64,000 bases of DNA from Octopus bimaculoides (taxonomy: Eukaryota): assembly GCF_001194135.2 (NCBI RefSeq), contig NC_068992.1, positions 45,281,431 through 45,345,430 of the forward strand, in the 5' to 3' direction. Shown here in pieces: positions 53,825 to 64,000 of the stretch. The notes under the pieces were generated by a model. It saw only the letters and a list, made by a program, of their open reading frames with translations. It did no database searches and was not told where the DNA came from. A program made the position numbers and the translations under genes. Position 1 is the stretch's first letter. Each line of letters opens with the position of its first letter.

Positions 53825-54374
53825 ACTCCACTGCGCCAATACATCTATTAACGACAGAACCACCATGCCCAGCAATCGTCCCAAAATCTTTGTATGAAGT
53901 AAACTGCTTCAGTTATCTATTAGTAAATTAATTTGAAAGAAACCACCTGTAGCTGTTAAAGAGGCAATGGCGGAGACTTCTACTTTTAGTAGGTATTTTA
54001 GAAACTAAACAAACCTGAAACCATTAGATTTACCAGTTGGTCATTTTGTTACTGTTGTTGCTATTGACGTTATTGCTGTTGTTGTTAATCGTTGAGTTGT
54101 TGTTGTTGTTGTCATTGTTGATGCTACTGCTGTTTCTGTAACACACTAATACAAACAGTATTGCTTCATGCAGAAATAAAGCACAGAATTTATGGACCAT
54201 TCCCTGTTATTTCAACTTTCATTTTATTTTTATTTTCTCCACGGTTTATTGCAATTGTTAATAGTGAAAAGTTAAATAATAAATCTAGCAGAAATGTAGT
54301 AAAATAATAAAGACGGTGTTGTTGATGGTAATAATGATAATAAAAATTAAAGTAAAATAATGGTTGTTATTTCT

Positions 54375-54428
<54 letters not shown>

Positions 54429-54429
54429 C

Positions 54430-54466
<37 letters not shown>

Positions 54467-54829
54467 GGATATATAATATTATTTTATATTAACCTGCGGT
54501 AAGAAATCATGCGGAAACAAACGATACTTTAATAAACGATAGAGTTAGGTGTGTGTATATATGAATGTATATGTAAATATATACATAGATAAATGTACAT
54601 AAATTATAGACATACGCCCACACATCGCTTTTCAGCTGCTTTTTGTGTAAGATCAAATTGTGGTGTGTGTGTGTGTGTGTGTATGTGTATACACACACAC
54701 GCACTCAGTGAATACATCTGATACATTGATCAATAGTAGCAAATCTCAGTAATGAGTACATTACTGTGCACACATATTTTTAATTGTAGAGTGTGGAGTA
54801 GGGGCATTGTCCACGGTATTAACAGGGCC

Positions 54830-55450
54830 TCAGAGACGGGTGAGATTGATGTCATTAATGTTCTGTTTCAATTGTAGTAGGTCAACATCAGCAGGATAAA
54901 TATGAACAGGAAGAAAAGTCCAGAGGGTTGACATTAAGGGGACGAACGACTGGACTAGGGTGGACATTGTGTTTAGCGTTGTGCCAAGGGTGTTGGATTC
55001 AGCAAAAGTAATGAGAGGTGGAATGACGTGCATGTCTGAAGTACATGAATGAAGGAGTGACAAGAAGAAGCCAGCTTCGAGGAACAGAGGCCATCATAGT
55101 AGTGTCAGAAAAAAAAAACAGAGAAGAGAGAGGTAGAGGAAGAGATAGAGATTGATAGATAGGGAAGGAGAGAGAGAGAGAGAGAATATGTAATACGCCA
55201 GTGTGCAAGAGGTAGGGACGTGTCCGTTAGTGAGTGAGTTTTGGTTAGTAGAGAGGCCCTTCTCTGGACGCAGTTCTGAGTGTATATCGTTCCAGATGTA
55301 TTTTGGGCCACACATGATATGGGTAGAATGTCCGCCGCAGTTATTTTGTGGGCCGGAAGAAAAAGGCTAGTCTTTGGGATACAGTCCAATGGATGCTAAG
55401 GATAAGTTGTGTGAGGAGAGATCATCGATAGTGCAAGGGCTCAAGCTGAG
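54830..55450 (-). mobile_element. CR1/Jockey-group LINE 3' end, interrupted by (CT)n
   Basis: VQRRASLLTKTHSLTDTSLPLAHWRITYSL, then the CT repeat, then YYDGLCSSKLAS...QSFVPLMSTLWTFLPVHIYPADVDLLQLKQNINDINL*. This matches the YY.G.CS.EL...SF.P.T..LWN.LP CR1-type C-terminus. Confidence 0.8.
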
Positions 55451-55574
55451 CACATCACATGACTGGAGGCGGTGTGGTACTTGTGTATGAGTATGTGTTT
55501 ATTTCTAATGTTAAATAATTCAGGTGTGTTAGTGTATATTTTAGCGTTATGATCCCGAATATACATGCTTATAC

Positions 55575-55990
55575 GGATGATGATGACGATGAGGAGGATA
55601 GCGGAAAGAGAGGAGCAAAACGTAGTAGTGCTGTAGTAGCAGCATGAGAAAGAGGCGAAAAAGAAGTAGAAGAAGGAGAAGGAGAAGAAGAGAAAGAAGA
55701 AGAAGAGGGAGAAGAGGAGGGAGAAGAGGAGGGAGAAGAGGAGGGAGAAGAGCAGAAAGAGGTGGAGGATGAGAAGGAAGAGAAGGAGAAGGAAGGGGAG
55801 AAGGAAACAGAAAGTGGTAGAAGATGGAGGAAGTGATTGACAGTGATGATAATGATGATGATGATGATGATGATGATGAGGAGGAGGAGGAGGAGGAGGA
55901 GGATGGTGACGATGACGACGACGACAACGTTGATAATAATGTGCTGTACCTGCTGTAGTTGATGATGATGTTGATGTGGAGCAGAAGGAG
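55575..55990. repeat. Purine-rich compound trinucleotide tract (GAA/GAG/GAT/GAC)
   Basis: Direct reading; the acidic plus-strand frame contains stops and shifts. Confidence 0.85.
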
Positions 55991-57527
55991 AAATGAGAAT
56001 GGGAAGGTTCGGCCATGAAGATTTTCGTTACCCAGGTAGGTGCTGCCTATGATGCTTATGATGGTGATGATTGTAAAGTTGCCAATGAAAACGCTGTTTT
56101 ATGCTGCTACTGCTGCTGTTGCTGAGATTAATGATGGTAATGAGGATAAAGCAGAGATAGTGATAATGATGGAATTAATCCAATGAAATTATACGCACCA
56201 ATTAATGTTGGGTATATATCTCCATAGTAAACGTGATGAATCCATTTAGAAAGCCGCACCACAACAATACAAATGCCGTCACAGAATATATTAAAATGAT
56301 GCTACATTTATAGAGCAACAGGGCCCTTCTATAAATATTCATGACCGGTTCTTCATCAAATTACACAACTTAACTCTCGGCCAATGACGATCTTCACATA
56401 GCATTTTATAGTTAGCTACCAAGTTTTTCACAGAAAAATATTAGCTGTAACCCATCTTCTTATAATTGTTTTAGTACCCTTCACCACACCTATACACTCG
56501 TTTACATCAACCCCGACACCCTGTCCCATTTCAGCACCACGATTTCTCTTCTTCCCCTACTTTCTTTTTATTCTTTTAGAAATTTATGAAGACTAATCGA
56601 TATCTGATACCTAGTGTCACATACACATACATACACACAAACACACACATACACACACACGCGCACACACACACACACACACACACGTAAATATATGTAT
56701 ATATTTATATATATAGATGTATATATGTATGTGTGTGCCTGTATGTATGAGTGCGTGCGAGCGTGTATGTATGGTATATATATATATATATATATATATG
56801 TTTGTATGTATGTATACGTGTATGAATATAAGTGTATCTGGATATGTAAATATATATGTACATGTGTGTGTGCGTATACATTTATGTATAATATAATATA
56901 CATAATTACCCCACCACCACATACATATACATCATTACCAAAAAGGAATAAATCATTTAACAAACAAATACAAAGAAAAATGAAAAGATGAAGGAAGAGC
57001 GAAATAAATAAATATAAAAATAAATAAATGAATAAATATTTAAATAAATAAATTGATGAATAAATATATAAATATATAAATATATAAATGTATAAACAAA
57101 TAAATAAAAGAGCTGAATGAAAGAAAAAAAGAAAATGGTCATTGATTTAATGTGGTGAATCGAAAATAAAAAAAAAGTAAAATGTGAAATATTATTAAAC
57201 GGAATCGTTAATAGAAGTGTTAACGTGAAGAGCTTAGAGAGTAGGGATTTAAGGGGGAAAAAAAAAACAAAAAAACAAAAACAATGTGATGCGGAAAAAC
57301 AAAAATTTACATAACGTTTTGTGAAATTATAGCAAGACGGACGTAAACAACTACAACAACAACAACAACTGCAACAACAATTACTACAGCAGTGATATAA
57401 CAATTACAACAATAAAAAATGACTGCAACAATAACAGCAACAACAAAAGCGATGATAAAGTATTCCGTTTTATTGCATGTCGTATTAGAGAGTGAGGCTG
57501 TTTAATATATATATATATATATATATG

Positions 57528-57593
<66 letters not shown>

Positions 57594-57637
57594 CATACAC
57601 ACATACATATATAAATATGTATAAATATAAACATATA

Positions 57638-58493
57638 CGTGGTCTGGTTAATAAGTATCTGGACTGTTGCCATAGTAACGGAGATAGAGCACAACGTAAA
57701 CCTGCTTGGTACAGATTGTCCTTGAACTCTGCTGTGCATACACACTAAGTTTAAATGTACTAGCTTACTTCCGCTGTTGACAGCAGTGCTTGGAAGGAAG
57801 GTGTGTAGCGTGCGATCGTCGCATTGATCATGGCAGAGAATCTGCATCAAAGTTTTGCCAAGAGCTTGGTGATACCCGCTCAAAAGCCTATGCAAAGGTT
57901 TCAAAAAGTTTTCATCGTTCTTGATGCAATCAAGGAGATCTTCTGCAACTGAAACACGAGTATCTTTTTGGTCAGCTGAAAGCAGTTTTGGCACAAACTT
58001 GGCTGACACGCGTCTCATGCCCACATCTTCAGTGATAATGGACTGAACTGAACCGTAACTAATCTGCACATCCTCTGATAACTCCTGCATACTGATTCGA
58101 CGACTTCCCCTCACAGCTGCAGTCACATCTGCGATATTTTTCTTACTTCTGCTGGTTGCAGGTCTCTGAGAACGTTTGTCAATATCAACATTTTTTCGGC
58201 CATCTTGGAAACGTCTTAACCACTCGTACACTTGTGTGCGGCTCATACACTCTTCTCCATACACTTTCTACAACTTTGAATCGGCCTCTGAGCAGGTGTC
58301 ACCTTGACAACTTTCTCTATCATATTCAATGCGACAATCACACGCTACTCACCTTCCTTCCTAGCACTGCTGTAAACAGGGGAAGTGGGCTAGAATGCAG
58401 AGTGCAAGGTCGATCTTTGTCAAGCGGCTTCACTCTGCATGCTTTAGCTTCGTTACTATGGCAACAGGCCTGATGCTCATTGATCAGACCTCG
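57638..58493 (-). mobile_element. Mariner (DD34D-type) derivative: N-terminal transposase fragment between two inverted 5' ends
   Basis: ORF 58264->~57900 reads YGEECMSRTQVYEWLRRFQDGR...RPATS...RRISMQELSEDVQISYGSVQSIITED.GMRRVSAKFVPKLLS.DQK..R...DENFLK (HTH plus WVPKLL-type linker). The termini are TA-cgtggtctggttaataagtatctggactg and, inverted, cgaggtctgatcaatgagcatcaggcctg. Confidence 0.9.
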
Positions 58494-58498
58494 TGCTC

Positions 58499-58559
<61 letters not shown>

Positions 58560-58793
58560 GCAGTAGATGTAATCTTGAAGTAAACAATGAACTAATTGTG
58601 TACCTTTATTTATGTATCACACCAGACTGTGTTCCAGAATGACCTTGGCCGTGAATTAAAGAAAGAGTCAGTTAAGGAATATATAAATGCAGAAAGAGAA
58701 TGAAAAAGAGAATGAGAGAGGAACGGAAAGAAGAAGAGCGTACGGAGGAGAGACAGAGGGGGAAATTAAAGAAGAGAGGGGTGACAGAGAAGT

Positions 58794-58843
<50 letters not shown>

Positions 58844-61020
58844 AGAGAAGTAAAGAAGGCAATTTATTTTGATTGACAATTTGATCAAAACTTTATATCT
58901 AATTTCCATTTTCCGTTTTCAACTGGAATTTTTTCTTTTGAAATTTAGATGTAAGAAATATTTTAGAGGAAGAGGAGAATAAGATTAATGGTATTAGTGA
59001 TATGAAATTCTACCAACTAACAATCCTATTTTGCTTGCCGTTTTGATTCTATAAGAGCCAACCTGTTGCTGTACCAAGGGCTTATGTAAAGCATTTAGCA
59101 GATTATTTCATTGAAATTTGTTGATTTGTTAACAAATACACACGGGAATATTTTCTTTTTTATTGTTAGTAATAAAGGGAGAAAATGTCAGTCACTTTTC
59201 CCTGACATACCGTCATAATTGAATAGGGAAGAGTCTATTCTAAGCTTTAACAAATCTGCACAAACACATCCATTTTGTTATAGCTTCTGATGCGACACTA
59301 TACGACGGTCTGTTAGAATTACGGCAGATAATCCCATATATCATATTTTAGGTGGAAAAACCCGTTTCGTAGACGTTCAAAAGCATATTTCTAACATATA
59401 TATGAAAGTACTCATAATCCTGAATTTGAAAGTCGGATAGACATGAATTGTTGCCGTAATAGATTTATTGATGGATTGAAGACGGTATTTTTCAGTTCTA
59501 CAGTCTTCCATGATTAATGTGAAGCCATTGAACGCTTCGAGTTGATCAAAGTCATCGATTCCAATTTGATTGATATCGTATGCTAGTTTGGTACTAGCTG
59601 TCACTTTTAAAATCTCATTAATCAAACCGATAGGAAATAATAGCAATATATTATCTTGGTACGATTGTATCGATTTAATCCATATCGATTGATTTAGTGC
59701 TGCTGTATCGATTTGGAACAAACAAAGAGGAAGTAGTTGCGGTAGATATACCTCAAAGAAAGAAAATTGTTATTGAAACATTCTAACAGACTAATGGTAA
59801 GTGTGGTAGAATTGAAAACATGTTTTCAACAAAACAAATCTTGTTTACATTCCCATTTTTCAGGTTTCACTACACTGGAAACGTTTTCCGTTTTGGGGGA
59901 GAAAAAAATGGTCGAAGTTACATTCGTTCATTTATTACCGACAAGGATAATCATTCACTGGACAGAGACTCGGAGCATGAAAGATCAATGAATTTATCTG
60001 GTTATCACACACAATAACGGTGTTGTCATTTATATTTAACTAACAGAATTTAAATGGTAGTGGGGGAGAATACGTTGGGTTTTGAAATATTAATCGGTTT
60101 AAATATATAAATATATATATATGTTATATGTTTCATTGTGTATTTCTTGAGAAGTACATTCGAATCAGCTAATCGGTTGAGATAAATGAAACCTTATAAA
60201 AAGTCTGTTAGCCTTTTTGTCGAACTCTAGTCGCTAGGCACATCAGAACAATTCCATTTCAAAGAATCTATGTATGTCCAGCCATATAATTTCCGTTTCT
60301 TCTTGGATCTGTTTCATTACTTTGTAGCCTTTCTACTTTATTCCAAGCAAAAAGTTTTTATAAGTTCAGCAGCTCGTTGTTTGCATGTGAGGTCTTTTCT
60401 GATTATTCATACTAGCAAATCTACCCATCTACGGTGGACGCATAAAATGAGGGAGAGAAGTCATAACAGCAGTATGTATTGAGAAATGTGTAAATGGACT
60501 TGATAGATTACTGGATGATGTCTTAGAGAAATCATATTATTATTGGTGATACAGTATTCTATTACAGCTATATGACGTGTTTGCGACTAAGTGACATGTG
60601 ATGATGATTCACTCTAGAACTGAAATAGGCTCCCAGCCTCTGTATCATGAATGGTTATGTGGACCACTCCTAACGAAAGTCAGAGCTTCCTTCGACCACT
60701 ACATAAAAATTATCAATTGTATTAAGTCAACTTTTACGAATGTTGCTGTTTAAAGGAAGCAGAGACTAGTTTAGCAAGTTACATTCATATAACATCTGCA
60801 TTTTTTAACACATCGATTGTTATGTAGTTTTGTCATGGTGCGTTCCACTTCTTCACTTGCTTTGACTAAGTGTTTCACTTGATGTAATTTCTAGAAACTG
60901 GAAATGATATGTCATTCAATCATCATTTAGTGCAGTACAAACCAAAGTATTAACACTACTGGTGAGTCCCTTCAAGTGTTCCAGTCTTTACTCAGTTGTC
61001 GTTATTATAGACTAGATTTA

Positions 61021-61240
61021 AGGTGGCGAGCTGGCAGAATTTTTATCGCACTGGGCAAAATGCTTAGCAGCTTTTCTTTTGTCTTTACGTTCTGAGTTCT
61101 GATTCCACCGAGGTCGACTTTACCTTTTTCTCCTTTCGGCAGCGATAAATGAAGTACCATTCAAGTACTGGGGTCGAATTAAATGACTTACCCCTTCCGC
61201 CGGACTTGATGGCCTTCTGGTAAAATTTGAAATCATTATT
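61021..61240 (+). mobile_element. SINE family B (Meta-like), near full length
   Basis: aggtggcgagctggcagaa...acgttctgagttc...ccgaggtcgactttacc...gataaatgaagtacc...ctggggtcga...ggccttctggtaaaatttgaaatcattatt. Confidence 0.8.
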
Positions 61241-62580
61241 ACAAGTTAAATATACTTTTAAAGAAGATTGTCTTTCTTTAAAGTTTTGGGGTAGACGTAT
61301 CCATAAAGGGATTTTCATCCACTGTCGTTTTTATAAATTGAAAAGTAGAAGTAGACGCATCAATTGCTTACATAAGAACATTCAGAATAAATGAAACAAC
61401 AATAACTGAAAATCGAACTTGAGTATAAGTCAATGCGCCAAAAGGCCTGTAATTTCGAATAAAAGTAACATGTGCTCATTAACCTTTTCTTAAAAAGTAG
61501 TTATGCTTTTTGTAATAGATTTGATATTGGAATTACGAGATATGTAAGCGCGTACACATACAAAAGCGATTACTTTATATGATATAGTGCAAACGAAAAA
61601 AAAATGTCCTTTAGCTTCATTTGACAGCGAAACTCTTGGAGATTAATTAAATTGTATATCACACAGCTATCGACAGGGTATGCTTTCTGCCCAGGTTTAC
61701 TTTTATAGAAAACGCTGTGTAAATGAAGGAATTTTTAGTGGAATATTTTGAAGTAAAACGTTAAAGAAAAATGTACTGTAGTTTTATTGAAAAATAGTTT
61801 GGGATTTAGAAAACAAACAAAAAAAAAAGAATGATGATGATCATAAAAATAAAGGTAACAACATATGTGTCGCTGGAGGCAGAGGGGAAAATATTTCACG
61901 AATCAATACAGAGAAAGTTTTCGATTACCCGCAGGCTTATTGAATGCGTTAAATAGAAATCAAGAAAAAAAAAGCCATATATAAAGAAATGGTCATCGTA
62001 TAAGAGAATTTCAATGTGAAATTGTCTTGCCGTATGTATTTGAAGCGGAGTGGAAGAGAAATACAAGGAAAAATCTATTTTTGAAATAAGATAATAAAAC
62101 AAAATTAAAATAAATAGCAAGCAGGCATTTGAAATGAGAGAGAAAGTAGGCAGTTAAAATGAAACGAATAAAGAAATGAAATACTGTAGGCCAACCGAGA
62201 AAAATTTTATAATATTACACAGTTTTATTTGCTGCTGCAGCTGGAGGGTTAGTGATGGCTGGTACTGTGAGGTTGACTATTTTGCGTTGAAGTCGAGGCT
62301 ATAGGAAAATGAAAGTAAATATATAACGAGAGTCATTTTTTTTTCTCAATTAGGTGAAAAACAACATGATATCAAATTTAGAAATAAAATATTAATAATT
62401 ACTAATATAATTTTATACATTTTTGTTATTATTGCTTAGGGCAGGCGTAGTAAATTGCAGGTGACGTTATGTATGTATATATGCGTGTGTCTATGTATAA
62501 TATATATATATATACACTCACCTGAAATTGAGTATTATTTTTTCAGTTTATATACATAAATGTATATTCAAGTATGTTTG

Positions 62581-62621
<41 letters not shown>

Positions 62622-63349
62622 AGAAGAGGTCTTTATATATAATCAATTATACATGTATTCATAGCTTTCAGGAGATTATGTAATGGAATATTCTGTAACT
62701 GCTTTCATAGCTCGCCAAACGCTTCCTATTAAATGGTATTTATTCATATAAAGGTTTCGTGATTCGAGTATTTAACCGTAATGGCTTCCGTTGTTGAAGT
62801 CTCCGGTAGAACTGTTTCTGCTGCACTGCCTTACAGAAATAATTGAAGCAGAAAAGGAAAACCGAGCAATGAACGAGAAATTTGGGGCCTGATATCTGCG
62901 GTGAATCCTAAATTTTCAGAGAAATGAGTTTGTGACGTAAAGTGTTCTGTTGTAAGAGTTTAAAATGATTGAAGACAAGAAGCCACGTGATGCAATTTAG
63001 ATTTGAAGAGTGTATCAAAACATAGAATATTTGCAAATTTTAGAAGCATTTGTGGTATGAATATTTTTTTTATCGAACGAAAAGCAGATGTGACTTTGGC
63101 CGGATTTGAAATTGGATATAAGAGGGCTAGAACATATACTACAATGCATTTACGTCGATACTCCGACGATTCTGCAAAGTCACTGCGCTAGTAAAGAAGT
63201 ATGATTAACCAGTGCGTAAAATTAACCAGTACAAATATTTAAATATTCCTATGTATTGTTAGTGTAAATATTGCTGCGTGTAGATACTACTGAGTATAAA
63301 ACATTTATGTAATACTGTTCTGTACAATTACTGAGTGCAATCACGGAGT

Positions 63350-63930
63350 GCAGTTAATGTACAATTTTAGCCATACATTATATCTGTAAATAATTACCAT
63401 GTACAATTCCTTAGTTATACTTCTGTGTGCAATAATACTATTAGTACAATATGCCGTTAATACTGTTTGCTATTACTACTTTCCGCTCTTCCTACTGTGT
63501 ACCATTAACAATATAAACCATTATTATTCGGTTACATTACTACTGTGTATCATTATTTTAGTGTACCATTACTGCTGTGTACCTTACTAAAGTGTACCCT
63601 TCAACTCTATAACACTCCTTCTATGTACCATTACAACTCTGTATCATTAGTACAGTGTACTATTATTTCTGTGTACTGGGATCGAGTCAATCTAATGGGC
63701 TTTCTCCTTCCTGAAAAACTGCTCGTCTAATGCCAAGATTTGAAACCATTATTACTGTGTACCATAACTACTTACCTATGTTACTACTGTGTATAATTAC
63801 TATTGTCTACCATCACTGCTTTGTACCGTTATTACTATATGCCATTACTATTGTTTACCATTTGTACTGAGTACCATTAAAAGTGTGTTCCATAAGAAAT
63901 GGGTATCTTTTCTACTGTGTACCAGTGGTA
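63350..63930. repeat. Decayed minisatellite, ~15-17-nt unit (gtgtaccattacta(c/t))
   Basis: Many variants of gtaccattactactgt, gtgtaccataacta and gtatcattatt. Confidence 0.75.
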
Positions 63931-64000
63931 ATGTGTAACCTCAGAATTCTATATCTTTTTCAATTGTGTTTCGTTGTAACTCTGTACAAACTTTTTACCG

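Noticed and set aside
55575-56040. Acidic Glu/Asp-rich exon ending at CAG|gtaggt
   Set aside because: Stops and frameshifts in the tract; typical trinucleotide low complexity.
59880-59905. GNVFRFG as an LFRFamide-like neuropeptide
   Set aside because: Single copy, followed by GEK rather than a dibasic cleavage site, and no precursor context.

Overview
AT-rich eukaryotic genomic DNA, extremely dense in microsatellites ((CA)n, (TA)n, (CATA)n, (TCTA)n, (GA)n, (AAT)n), with 16 assembly gaps that mostly abut such repeats. The repeat families and SINE types are those I associate with coleoid cephalopods, most likely Octopus; this is inference, not a database match. Almost every ORF in the supplied track is a microsatellite, low-complexity or N-run artefact. 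I could not identify a host protein-coding gene, only isolated splice-signal-bounded exon candidates, so the window reads as a large intron or intergenic region. The supportable content is mobile DNA: a Penelope-like RT (1-1335, minus, including a 241-codon stop-free frame the ORF track missed), two copies of a short repeat with a minimal hammerhead-like motif, a Helitron helicase remnant, two Tc1/mariner remnants (one a fold-back built from two 5' ends), Dong/R4, RTE, L1/Tx1 and CR1-like LINE fragments, at least three tRNA-derived SINE families, a TIR element carrying (CCCTAA)n, two short palindromes and an unexplained decayed ~340-bp tandem array. I found no CRISPR, rRNA or genuine tRNA, and no evidence of a new multi-gene system. 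All family names come from motif recognition without searches.
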